This document shows, piece after piece, positions 9,694 through 18,391 of a stretch of DNA of 64,000 bases; the first letter of the stretch is position 1; each line of letters starts with the position of its first letter. The translations under genes and the position numbers were made by a program. The notes below the pieces were generated by a model that made no database searches, was not told where the DNA came from, and saw only the letters and a program-made list of their open reading frames with translations. Source of the stretch: an uncultured Candidatus Saccharibacteria bacterium (GTDB taxonomy: Bacteria > Patescibacteriota > Saccharimonadia > Saccharimonadales > Saccharimonadaceae); assembly GCA_947302355.1 (NCBI GenBank), contig CAMYUU010000001.1, positions 465-64,464 of the forward strand, written 5' to 3'.

Positions 9694-10128
9694 TCATTTT
9701 TTAGGTTCCTTATTGTACGATAATTCCCTCTGATAAGAGTTACGAAGATTATCTTCCATAAAGTTGCGAACGTCTTTGTAAAAATTGGCAGCATTTCCGT
9801 CCTTTTCGAATTTATTTATGGCATCGTCTATGGCACCTACCGCTTCGCTACTGAGTTTGTCTGTGGTCTTTATGCCGATATTTGGGCTGGAGGTCTTGGG
9901 CGCACGGTCAATGTCTAAAGTAGCCTGCATTTCGGGCATATTTTCTAGTCTTGGATTTTCTAAATCTTCGCCAGGCAGAGACAAGGCTTTGTTGCCTATT
10001 TCTCTAGGGTTTTCTACTGTTTTTTCGGGGGGCCGCTCAATCTCGGCAGCTCGCTCAGTATTATAAAAATCACGAGGCAACAATTGACCATCGTAATTAG
10101 TAAAACGCACCTCGTTTTTATTATCCAT
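9694..10128 (-). CDS. hypothetical protein
   Basis: 144-aa ORF co-oriented with flanking genes; extended -10 box 6 nt upstream of the ATG; no family recognised. Confidence 0.5.
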   Translation of the reverse strand: MDNKNEVRFTNYDGQLLPRDFYNTERAAEIERPPEKTVENPREIGNKALSLPGEDLENPRLENMPEMQATLDIDRAPKTSSPNIGIKTTDKLSSEAVGAIDDAINKFEKDGNAANFYKDVRNFMEDNLRNSYQRELSYNKEPKK

Positions 10129-10134
10129 AAGCTT

Positions 10135-10143
10135 ATTGTATCA
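10135..10143 (-). promoter_or_regulatory. extended -10 box (TGATACAAT) 6 nt from ATG 10128; predicted leaderless start
   Basis: Minus strand reads TGATACAAT-AAGCTT-ATG. Confidence 0.45.
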
Positions 10144-10147
10144 CACT

Positions 10148-10501
10148 TTAAACTCTTTTGTATACTAAAAATTCCGCTAGCGCTAGAAAAAGGATGATCA
10201 AGGAGATAGTCCATAGGTTAATTGCGCCAAATGAGCGCGCCATCAGAAGCATGATTGGGCCGAAAGCAAAAACCGCCGCATAGAGATAATCCTTGCCTCT
10301 GAAGCTAGTCTTTCCTAGGGCTATGCGGCGGAATAATTGAAGTAAGATTGAAAAAATACAAAAGATTTCTATATATAATGTTGTAAAAAATAATAAAACA
10401 CCTACCGGACCGATTTCCGTAGGTGAAGTTATGTTTAGCATCGTGAGTAAAACTGCGAGTCCCACAATGCTAATGATATAAACAAAACGGTTATGTTTCA
10501 T
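10148..10501 (-). CDS. small integral membrane protein
   Basis: 117 aa with 3-4 hydrophobic helices (IISIVGLAVLLTMLNI, VGVLLFFTTLYIEIFCIFSILL, LYAAVFAFGPIMLLMA, WTISLIILFLALAEFLV). Confidence 0.55.
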   Translation of the reverse strand: MKHNRFVYIISIVGLAVLLTMLNITSPTEIGPVGVLLFFTTLYIEIFCIFSILLQLFRRIALGKTSFRGKDYLYAAVFAFGPIMLLMARSFGAINLWTISLIILFLALAEFLVYKRV

Positions 10502-10507
10502 AGCCTT

Positions 10508-10516
10508 ATTATATCA
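10508..10516 (-). promoter_or_regulatory. extended -10 box (TGATATAAT) 6 nt from ATG 10501; predicted leaderless start
   Basis: Minus strand reads TGATATAAT-AAGGCT-ATG. Confidence 0.45.
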
Positions 10517-11081
10517 TATATAGTACTGCCCCCAAGAATTCTTTTGGAGGGAGGCGGTGGCTATCCGGTACTAAAATCATAACTATTTACCTGAGCCATG
10601 ATCCGCCGTTCCCTTTTTGACCGCTTCACGCTAGGTGAAGCATTGTCCTTGCCTGCTATTTCTTTCATTCTTGTTTATGTATAATGAAGGTGCTAATGAA
10701 AGATTTGCGGCGCGCTCTACGCTTTTTTAGCGGAGCTCTAGGTAATTCCTAATTGTAATTTATGGCTAGAAATTACCTTTTCGCCCGCCAAATTTATGGT
10801 TTATCTTTTTTCATTTTGTTAAATTGCCTTTTATTTTTAGGTTTTTATTTAGTCATCTCGACTGCCTTTATCCTAGCATAAAAATCATAAAAAATCAATA
10901 GATTTGTTCAATTTTATAGATGTAAATATTACAACATTCGCCTCAATTATTCCCTGTTCAAATTCATTGTTCATTTTGTTGTATTATTTACAACATTTTC
11001 ACTTGTTCTTAATGTTTTGCCACCCATTTACGATGTTTAAACTTGTTTTTAGTGGGTGTTTATGCTAAAATAAGTGTAGTT

Positions 11082-11436
11082 GGGGCTGACAAAGCTTAGA
11101 CGAATTATTAACAGACGCGATGCATGCCGATTGAATACCGTAAGTATTAAATAAGTGCTAAAAACACTAAAACAGCGCATGTCATGTACATGCCTGCTTA
11201 TGCCTAAGATTTTATAGGCTGGTTTCGTTCTGAGGTTCCGTAGGATCGAAATTATCATATAACGGGAATAAGGCTATTTAGATGGCGAAAAATAGTTCGA
11301 TAATTAGCCACGGCGCTAGTTAAGTTTCGTTTCCTGTAGCTGCTAGAATTTGCCAAGACAAAACAGAAAACTATGCATGTAGATTCACGTCCACGTGATA
11401 ATCCGGACCCGGAGGCAGTATCCGGCAGCTCCACCA
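11082..11436 (+). ncRNA. ssrA: tmRNA (SsrA), one-piece
   Basis: 5' GGGGCUGACAAAGCUUAGACG and 3' CCGGAGGCAGUAUCCGG-CAGCUCCACCA form a tRNA-Ala-like acceptor with G3:U. Candidate tag ORF at nt 76 (11157-11207): GCU AAA AAC ACU AAA ACA GCG CAU GUC AUG UAC AUG CCU GCU UAU GCC UAA = AKNTKTAHVMYMPAYA*. A T-run follows. Confidence 0.85.
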
Positions 11437-11811
11437 ATTGGCCTAAAAAGGGTCTTTTTTTGTTGATTTCTGACGCTAAAATACCAAATGAAAAACGCGA
11501 GACAAAGAAAAAGACCGGTAACTGCGAGGAAAACCGGTCTTCTTTGTAGAGTGTGGAGTTATTTTGGCTAATTTTTTGTTTTGACCTTTTGAATAATTTT
11601 TTTATTCAAAAGCTACCTCTATAATAACGCTAAAAAATGGTTATGTCAATAGATTTTTTGAACAATTTTTGTATTTTTTTGCGAAGTTTTCCACAAGCAT
11701 ATTTGTCCTACCAATAAAAGAAAGCCGTTTTAGCGCGTAAAAACGCAATTTAAAAGCATGACTTTTTTATGTGGGTTGTATTGTTTTAGATTTCGTGTTA
11801 GTTAGGACGGC

Positions 11812-13323
11812 ATGATAGCAAAAATACATTCACTAGTGCCTTGCGGCTTTGATGGCGAGCTGGTAGAAGTCGAAGGCGACATAAATAAAGGTCTCCCGGC
11901 TTTTAATATTGTAGGGATGGCCAATAAAACTGTAAATGAAGCAAAAGAACGCGTACGTAGTGCCATCGTCAACTCTGCTTTTTCATTCCCTACCAAGAAA
12001 GTGACGATAAACTTGGCCCCTGCTGAATTGCAAAAAGATGGCACCTATCTGGATTTGCCCATTGCACTCTCGGTATTGGTATTATCGGGCCAATTAACGC
12101 AGCGTGACGTAGCGAATAAGCTATTTGTGGGAGAATTGTCCCTAAATGGTGAATTACGCCCAATAAAGGGCGTTGTGAACGTCGTAGAGGCTGCTCGCAG
12201 GGCTGGATATAAGGAGATTTATGTGCCGTCTAAAAACCTATCTCAGGCCTCACTTATTTCTGGAGTTAATGTCTATGGGGTAGACACCTTGCAAAATCTC
12301 TATCTAGGCCTAAATAGCCAGATTGCATTACCAGTAGCGAGCGAGATAAGTAAACAAAGACAATCGGATAAAAAAGCGGACTCCAGGATGGTCCTCCTAG
12401 ATCATATACGTGGGCAAGAATCCGCGAAGCGAGCGGTAGAAATCGCGATTGCTGGCCACCACAATATTTTAATTTCTGGTCCACCAGGGGCTGGCAAAAC
12501 ATTACTCGCCAAGGCAGCGGCAAATCTGCTACCAGATTTAACAAATGAAGAAGTGATTGATTTAACGAAGATCTATTCTATCGCGGGCCTGTCGAATGAC
12601 GAGATAGTGAGAAGTCGCCCTTTTAGGAATCCCCATCATACCGCTAGTCAAATATCCATCATCGGCGGGGGCGCTGGGCCTGGTGAAATATCTCTGGCGC
12701 ATAAGGGTATTTTATTTTTGGACGAAATTCCGGAGTTTTCGCGCACCGTCCTTGAATCTCTTAGACAGCCGTTAGAAGATAAGGTTATCGCAATTTCTAG
12801 AGCAAATCATAAAACCATTTACCCAGCAGACTTCATGCTGGTGGCCACGATGAATCCATGTCCTTGCGGTTATCTGGGAGATTCTACGCACGAGTGCAGT
12901 TGTACAGGGTTACAAATACAGAATTATCAGAAAAGACTCTCGGGGCCACTTTTCGATAGAATAGATATGGTGATAGACGTAGAAAGAGTTGATAATAAAA
13001 ATCTTCGTGCTCCGTGCTCTAGCCAAAATACCGAACATGTTGTTGTAAAAAATAATATAACTGAGGCAATTGAACGTCAAAAGAAGAGATACGGCAAGGG
13101 CGGAGTTTATAATGGTTCCCTTTCGTCTTTTGAGGTTGCTAAAATACTAAAACTAGAATCCTCTGCCGAGAAATTACTAGCTAGCGCCTCCGAAAAGCTT
13201 AGTCTTTCCGCTAGATCATATTTTAAAACCATAAAGGTCGCACAAACAATTGCTGATTTGGATGGCTCAAACATTATTAGACAAAATCATCTTGCTGAGG
13301 CGTTAATTTACCGTAAACGGTAA
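11812..13323 (+). CDS. comM: YifB/ComM family Mg-chelatase-like ATPase
   Basis: 503 aa. N-term MIAKIHSLVPCGFDGELVEVEGD (Lon-protease-like ChlI N-domain), Walker A GPPGAGKT, FLDEIPEF, Cys cluster NPCPCGYLGDSTHECSC. Confidence 0.92.
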   Translation: MIAKIHSLVPCGFDGELVEVEGDINKGLPAFNIVGMANKTVNEAKERVRSAIVNSAFSFPTKKVTINLAPAELQKDGTYLDLPIALSVLVLSGQLTQRDVANKLFVGELSLNGELRPIKGVVNVVEAARRAGYKEIYVPSKNLSQASLISGVNVYGVDTLQNLYLGLNSQIALPVASEISKQRQSDKKADSRMVLLDHIRGQESAKRAVEIAIAGHHNILISGPPGAGKTLLAKAAANLLPDLTNEEVIDLTKIYSIAGLSNDEIVRSRPFRNPHHTASQISIIGGGAGPGEISLAHKGILFLDEIPEFSRTVLESLRQPLEDKVIAISRANHKTIYPADFMLVATMNPCPCGYLGDSTHECSCTGLQIQNYQKRLSGPLFDRIDMVIDVERVDNKNLRAPCSSQNTEHVVVKNNITEAIERQKKRYGKGGVYNGSLSSFEVAKILKLESSAEKLLASASEKLSLSARSYFKTIKVAQTIADLDGSNIIRQNHLAEALIYRKR

Positions 13324-13413
13324 TAACTATGTTTCACTAAGAAATCTCTTGTATTTTTCTCTAGAATTTGATATAATATATCACAGGTTAATTCAAGAGA
13401 AGAAAGGACTACT

Positions 13414-13932
13414 ATCAAAAATAATTCACGGACTAGGCTGAACGGAGATATTCGTTATCCTGAGGTCCGCGTAATCGGTTCTAATGGGGAGCAGCTAGGT
13501 ATTATGTCTAGCCGTGAAGCCCAACTTCTCGCGAATGAACAGGGCGTGGACTTAGTGGAAATTGCCGCTAATGCCAATCCGCCGGTCGTTAAAATAATTG
13601 ACTGGGGTAAGTTCCAGTATCAGAAGATGAAAGAAGAAGCCAAGAATCGCAAAAAGGCTCGCGAAAAACAATCGGAGCTAAAGCAAATGAAAATTGGCCT
13701 CAAGATTTCAGAAAACGACCTTAACATTAAAGTCCGTAAAATACGTGGTTTTCTTGATGACGGAGATCGAGTAAAGATTTTAATTATCTTTCGTGGCCGT
13801 GAAATGATTCATCGAGAAATAGGCAACGAGCTCTTGAATAAAGTCGTTTCAATGCTAGGAGATGACGTTATCCTAGAAAGCAAGCCACAAATGAACGGAC
13901 GTAACCTATCAGCACAGGTACGAAAAAAGTAA
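13414..13932 (+). CDS. infC: translation initiation factor IF-3 (non-AUG start, ATC)
   Basis: ORF track starts at internal ATG 13504. The upstream in-frame sequence (I)KNNSRTRLNGDIRYPEVRVIGSNGEQLGIM matches the conserved IF-3 N-terminus. ATC at 13414 sits 6 nt after an AAAGGA SD. Confidence 0.85.
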   Translation: MKNNSRTRLNGDIRYPEVRVIGSNGEQLGIMSSREAQLLANEQGVDLVEIAANANPPVVKIIDWGKFQYQKMKEEAKNRKKAREKQSELKQMKIGLKISENDLNIKVRKIRGFLDDGDRVKILIIFRGREMIHREIGNELLNKVVSMLGDDVILESKPQMNGRNLSAQVRKK

Positions 13933-14018
13933 TTTCCTACTTTCAAGGCCAGCTGGTTGTTCTTTAGTATGACATTGTCATACAGTTTATATTAACCATA
14001 ATCAAAGGAAAACTTATT

Positions 14019-14213
14019 ATGCCAAAGTTAAAAACGCATAAAGGTACTGCTAAGCGCATCAAGGTCACCCGTTCTGGGAAGCTAGTGCGTGAGCGTGCTT
14101 ACGGGAATCATATTCTCGCTAAAAAGTCTAAAGCCAGGAAGCGCAATATTAAAACTACTGCCACAGTGAATGGCAAGATTGCTAAAAATATTAAGAAGGC
14201 GTTAGGAGTTTAA
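14019..14213 (+). CDS. rpmI: 50S ribosomal protein L35
   Basis: [22 protein letters not shown]; 64 aa; follows infC. Confidence 0.95.
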   Translation: MPKLKTHKGTAKRIKVTRSGKLVRERAYGNHILAKKSKARKRNIKTTATVNGKIAKNIKKALGV

Positions 14214-14214
14214 G

Positions 14215-14562
14215 ATGAGAATAAAAAGAGGTGTCGCCGCAAGAGCGAAGCATAAGAAAATATTGAAATCCGCTAAGGGTATGCAACATTACCGCACCCG
14301 AAGCTTTCGTCTTGGAAAACAAGGCGTAATTAAGGCTTTACGCTACGGTTATCGTGATCGCCGCAATCGCAAACGCGATTTGCGCGCGTTGTGGATTACT
14401 AGGATCAATAACGCATCGCGTGAACTCGGTGTTTCCTACTCGCAATTAATTGCTGGTATGAAGAGTAAAGGAATTAATCTTGATCGTAAAATATTAGCCG
14501 ATCTTGCAGTAAATAATCCCGAGGCGTTCAAGAAAATTGTTAACACAGTGAAGGAGAAATAA
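14215..14562 (+). CDS. rplT: 50S ribosomal protein L20
   Basis: [22 protein letters not shown]...[22 protein letters not shown]; 115 aa. Confidence 0.95.
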   Translation: MRIKRGVAARAKHKKILKSAKGMQHYRTRSFRLGKQGVIKALRYGYRDRRNRKRDLRALWITRINNASRELGVSYSQLIAGMKSKGINLDRKILADLAVNNPEAFKKIVNTVKEK

Positions 14563-14563
14563 G

Positions 14564-14791
14564 ATGGCTATTTGTGAGATTAGTGGCAAAGGCAAAATGT
14601 ATGGCCATAATGTTTCATTCTCCCAGCGCCATACACGCAAGGTATTTAAGCCAAACGTTTCTAAGAGAACTTTGATTATCAACGGTCAGAAAGTGAAGTG
14701 CAATATTTCAACTTCTGCGCTTCGCACCCTAAAGAAAAAGGGGTTAATCGAAGATCCGAAGACTCGCGCTGAAAAGAAATCGAATAAATAA
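14564..14791 (+). CDS. rpmB: 50S ribosomal protein L28
   Basis: MAICEISGKGKMYGHNVSFSQRHTRKVFKPNV...RTLKKKG; 75 aa. Confidence 0.88.
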   Translation: MAICEISGKGKMYGHNVSFSQRHTRKVFKPNVSKRTLIINGQKVKCNISTSALRTLKKKGLIEDPKTRAEKKSNK

Positions 14792-14828
14792 TTTATGCTA
14801 AAAAACTGGTCATCTAGGCCAGTTTTTT

Positions 14829-15168
14829 GGTGAGCCATCTTTAAGCCGGGTTCTGTAACCGTCTCGGGAGACGATTGGCAATCATCTATCTAGATACTGC
14901 ATTGCTACAGTACTCTAGCGGTGAGCGTGCGTCTTCGAGCAGAAGCTGATAGCACTCCTTGCAACAGGTAGGGTTTGCCACCGAACCGTATCACTACGAT
15001 TCACTGTGGGCTCTTGCCCCACTCTTTTCACCCTTACCAGCAAGCTGGCGGTATTGTTTCTGTGGTACTTTCCCTATCCTTGCGGACGGTCGCCGTTAGC
15101 GACTACCCTGCTCTGTGTTGCCCGGACTTTCCTCTTGGTAACCCAAGCGATTGCCTTTCAGGCTCCAT
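14829..15168 (-). ncRNA. rnpB: RNase P RNA (bacterial type)
   Basis: Minus strand contains GAGGAAAGUCCGGGC near the 5' end and ACAGAACCCGGCUUA near the 3' end. P1 pairing GGAGCC/GGCUC. ORFs 14975..15172 and 15006..15188 lie inside it and are taken as spurious. Confidence 0.88.
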
Positions 15169-15195
15169 GTAATTATATCACCAAATGAATAGTTT

Positions 15196-16059
15196 TTAAA
15201 TCCTATCTGGTTTATTTGTGAGGTATTCTACCATTTGACCAGCGATGTCAGTACCTGTTATCATCTGGCATCTCGGGAAAAAGCACGGCATATTCACCTC
15301 AGCAACTTTAGGCCCATCTTCTGTGACCATGATGTCTACGCCGCCAAATTCTAGGCCAAGAGATTTTACGGCGCGAACTGCAATGTCATTGGTTTTCTCG
15401 TCGAATTCTTTTGATTCAACATTAGGAGTCTTTCCTTCATTGGAACGAAAATCGCCCTTAGGAGCCGAATACTCGATAGAGTCAATAACTTCGTCGCCTA
15501 AAACGATTAGGCGTGCGGTAGACGTCACATCGCAATACTCCTTCATGACCACCATGCCACCCTGTTCGCGCAGATAGTCTGATACTGAAAAAAGACTTTC
15601 TCGGCTATCAACACGCATCACACCGACCCCGTGACTGCCACCTAAAGCCTTAAGACATACTGGGAATCCACCTAGTTCGTCAACACATTTCATTAGAGCT
15701 GTTCTATCTTTGGGGAGATAATTGATGGTTTTAGGTGCTGGGATTTTAAATTCATCGAACAACATTGCATCGATTTTCCTGAATAATAAGGCGCTGTAAT
15801 CCGTATAGAATGATTTTGCACCTTTCAAAACCAATTCCCACTCCAGCTCCGATGCGCCGTAATGACATCCCGTTGCGACGCGATATACCGCATCACCTTT
15901 TTTGACAACAATATCAGATGGGCAAGTCTGACTCGGGATAAGCAATTTGTAGGGTATTTTACGTTTTTTACAAGCCTCAACCAATAGATTCGTTGTGACT
16001 TTTTGGCTTTCGTCGGTGATAATATAGAGTTTCACGTATCTCTTTTCCCTATGCACCAA
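15196..16059 (-). CDS. ATP-grasp ligase, RimK-like paralogue
   Basis: 287 aa. ATP-grasp pattern (PVCLKALGGSHGVGVMRVDS, VMKEYCD, GGVDIMVTEDGPKVAEVN). Overlaps rimK by 11 nt. Confidence 0.7.
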   Translation of the reverse strand: MVHREKRYVKLYIITDESQKVTTNLLVEACKKRKIPYKLLIPSQTCPSDIVVKKGDAVYRVATGCHYGASELEWELVLKGAKSFYTDYSALLFRKIDAMLFDEFKIPAPKTINYLPKDRTALMKCVDELGGFPVCLKALGGSHGVGVMRVDSRESLFSVSDYLREQGGMVVMKEYCDVTSTARLIVLGDEVIDSIEYSAPKGDFRSNEGKTPNVESKEFDEKTNDIAVRAVKSLGLEFGGVDIMVTEDGPKVAEVNMPCFFPRCQMITGTDIAGQMVEYLTNKPDRI

Positions 16060-16957
16060 CTCGATCTTTACCTATGCGACGAGAAGCATTGTGTTCAATG
16101 TATTCAATAATCTTAGAAGCCACATCGCGGCCGGTCACTTTTTCGATTCCGAAACCAGGAGAAGCATTAACCTCTAATACGAGTGGGCCCTTCTCCGAGC
16201 GCATAAGATCTACGCCACAAATATGGAGACCCATAGCCCTGGCTGCTTTGATTGCAGTACGCTTTTCGGCATCCGTTAATTTGATTGGTGTACCTGCGCC
16301 ACCCTGATGGAGGTTAGACCTAAAATCATCGTCAAGCGATGCTCTCTGCATTGAGGCAACCACGCGACCGCCGACTACGAAAGCACGAATATCCGTGCCA
16401 GCAGATTCCTTGATAAATTCCTGAAGTAAGATGTTGGTGCCATCTTCATTATAGAGGTAGAAAGCTTGCAGGGCCGATTTGGCCGCCTTTCTGGTGTCCG
16501 CAAGAATGACTCCGTTACCATGAGTACCCGTAGCCAGCTTAATGATAACCGGTAAACCAATTTGTTCGATGAGGTCGTCGATATCCGACGTATTACGAGA
16601 AACGAGAGTTTTGGGGGTATTTACGTCATATTTGGCAAGGATTTGGGCTGCGCGCAGTTTGTCTCTTGCCCTGGTAATAGCCACAGAGGTAGCAGAAGTA
16701 TAGATGCCTTGCATTTCGAATTGACGAACTACGGCACAACCATAGCGCGTCATATTATTGGAGATACGAGGTAAAATCGCATCGAACCCTTCGAGCTTCT
16801 TGCCCCTATAATAGATGTCTGGATGTTTGTCGTCAAGAGAAAGATAACAGTTTTTGTATTTAACAACTTTAACTTTATGACCGCGTTTTTCAGCTTCTTC
16901 GACTAAACGTTTAGTGGAATAATTAGCGTTACCGTTTGAAAGAATTGCAAGCCTCAT
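16049..16957 (-). CDS. rimK: RimK-type alpha-L-glutamate ligase (ribosomal protein S6 modification)
   Basis: MRLAILSNGNANYSTKRLVEEAEKRGHKVKVV...FDAILPRI aligns with the E. coli RimK N-terminus as I recall it. GVDLMRSEKGPLVLEVNASPG. Confidence 0.85.
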   Translation of the reverse strand: MRLAILSNGNANYSTKRLVEEAEKRGHKVKVVKYKNCYLSLDDKHPDIYYRGKKLEGFDAILPRISNNMTRYGCAVVRQFEMQGIYTSATSVAITRARDKLRAAQILAKYDVNTPKTLVSRNTSDIDDLIEQIGLPVIIKLATGTHGNGVILADTRKAAKSALQAFYLYNEDGTNILLQEFIKESAGTDIRAFVVGGRVVASMQRASLDDDFRSNLHQGGAGTPIKLTDAEKRTAIKAARAMGLHICGVDLMRSEKGPLVLEVNASPGFGIEKVTGRDVASKIIEYIEHNASRRIGKDRVGA

Positions 16958-17532
16958 TTTTGAGCTCCTTTCTTTAGTTTAATTCTATTAACGTCACCAG
17001 ACGTTTTTTTGACATATTCAAGGTGAAACTTATAGGGATCTTCTTTGAGTCGACGCTGGATTATTTTAGTCTTGGGGCTGGTAGGACGAATATTGGTGTG
17101 GTTCTTAGAAACATCCACCATAAATTTGCCGGAAATAGAACGGCGACCAACTAGAACTGGGAAATTGTTGGCGCTGCGATTTGAGAGGGTGAAAAGGATT
17201 CTGATAGTACGTCCCGCTATTTTCGCCCGGAGATGGGTGCGATAACGTATTTGCTCATGTCCGGATGAGCTGCGAACAACTGCAACCTTGTAGTCGGTGC
17301 GCTTGAACGCTCTACCGGTATAGAAAGGGCTTCCCTCATCAAAGAGGCGGAATTTTAAAACCCCATCCTTTGTAACTCGGATATGGCTAGCCCAAACCGA
17401 GGATGAATCAGCGCCAGTATCGACTTTGGCGGGGATATTCTTTATCCCTGCAATTTCGATGTATTCGGTGGACCCAATAACAGGTAAACTCTCACTATTC
17501 GATTTCATGCGTATATTATACCATGAAACCAT
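16954..17532 (-). CDS. RimK-associated retropepsin-like protease (DUF785 / COG4067, annotated 'ATP-dependent zinc protease')
   Basis: ORF track 16954..17583. A start at 17532 or 17508 avoids overlap with the upstream gene. IGSTEYIEIAGIKNIPAKVDTGADSSSVWA contains the DTGA aspartic-protease motif. 4-nt overlap with rimK. Confidence 0.7.
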   Translation of the reverse strand: MVSWYNIRMKSNSESLPVIGSTEYIEIAGIKNIPAKVDTGADSSSVWASHIRVTKDGVLKFRLFDEGSPFYTGRAFKRTDYKVAVVRSSSGHEQIRYRTHLRAKIAGRTIRILFTLSNRSANNFPVLVGRRSISGKFMVDVSKNHTNIRPTSPKTKIIQRRLKEDPYKFHLEYVKKTSGDVNRIKLKKGAQK

Positions 17533-17539
17533 AGAAAGT

Positions 17540-18391
17540 CTACCTTCTGCCCAGGGTTTTATTGATTGCAAGATTCGCTTCATGATCGGCTATTACATTC
17601 TTATCCCTATTCACGTGTGCAAACGAAACCGCCTCGAAGCTTTCAAGCTTTCCTTGGATATCTTCATAAATTGGAATAATGTCACGGTTTTTGATGCTAA
17701 AGATGCCATTTAATTGATTAACAACCATTAAGCTATCAGAAACGAAGCGGACCTTTTTGTATCCTAATTCTATAGCTAGCTCGACGCCTTTTCTCATAGC
17801 ACAGTATTCGGCTACCCTAGAAGTAGCGAACCCGATGAACTCTCCTCCTTGCTTAACGATATGACCACCGCCATCATATATACAATATCCGATACCAGAT
17901 GGCCCTGGATTGCCTCTTGATGCGCCATCAACATTAATGACTACGGCATTCATGGTGTCACGGCTAGAGATTCGGCCGGATGCCGTCTTGCCCTCTTCTA
18001 TCTCAATTACTGACATACTAGCTTCGTCTAACCTAATATTGGAGGAGGTAAATTCCTTAATGAATTTGAAGGCACTGTAGCGATCTTTTGGTGTTGGCTT
18101 AATTTCGCTCCCAATGCTAAGGTTGTAGACAATATAGAGGTTACTTAATCTGGTGGAACCCTCTGGCGCCAAGAATGTAATTACATCCTTCAGCTCTAGA
18201 GATGAAGCATTAAGTCCAGTATATTCTTCAAGGGAGCGTGCCATAGCCTCTTCTGGTTGCTCGCCAAATTTGATTTTGCCCGTGGGTAGTTCCCAAAAAA
18301 TGGGCGCCTCAGAACGCCCTCTATTGCGTTTAAAAACTAATACGCCTTCTTCTGTTTTGATAATACCGACTACGCGAATTCTTTGTTTCAT
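17540..18391 (-). CDS. Nudix hydrolase - RNase HI (RVT_3-type) fusion protein
   Basis: ORF track start 18397 (GTG); ATG at 18391 has an AAGGTGGGA SD. N-terminal Nudix box GKIKFGEQPEEAMARSLEEYTGL. C-terminal INVDGASRGNPGPSGIGY...EYCAMRKGVELAIE...SDSLMVVNQL...NVIADHEANLA is RNase H-like. Confidence 0.8.
   Translation of the reverse strand: MKQRIRVVGIIKTEEGVLVFKRNRGRSEAPIFWELPTGKIKFGEQPEEAMARSLEEYTGLNASSLELKDVITFLAPEGSTRLSNLYIVYNLSIGSEIKPTPKDRYSAFKFIKEFTSSNIRLDEASMSVIEIEEGKTASGRISSRDTMNAVVINVDGASRGNPGPSGIGYCIYDGGGHIVKQGGEFIGFATSRVAEYCAMRKGVELAIELGYKKVRFVSDSLMVVNQLNGIFSIKNRDIIPIYEDIQGKLESFEAVSFAHVNRDKNVIADHEANLAINKTLGRR

Noticed and set aside
10547-10602. GC-rich stem-loop as SRP (4.5S) RNA; the same idea was considered for 55430-55515
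   Set aside because: Neither has the conserved domain IV features (a GNAR tetraloop closed by the AGCA/GGAA-type symmetric loop) as far as I can see.
11285-11323. Alternative tmRNA tag frame GCG AAA AAU AGU ... AGU UAA (AKNSSIISHGAS)
   Set aside because: It starts about 200 nt into the RNA, too far 3' for a standard one-piece tmRNA. The frame at nt 76 (11157-11207) has the usual position and upstream context. The question remains unresolved without ARAGORN or a covariance model.
11049-11437. Two minus-strand ORFs (69 and 60 aa)
   Set aside because: They lie entirely antisense within the tmRNA gene.
11687-11695. DnaA-box-like TTTTCCACA and AT-rich spacer as a replication origin
   Set aside because: I noticed only a single imperfect box, saw no cluster, and there is no dnaA or dnaN in the window. 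The presence of gyrBA and parAB alone is not sufficient.
14975-15188. Two overlapping plus-strand ORFs (65 and 60 aa)
   Set aside because: They lie antisense within RNase P RNA.
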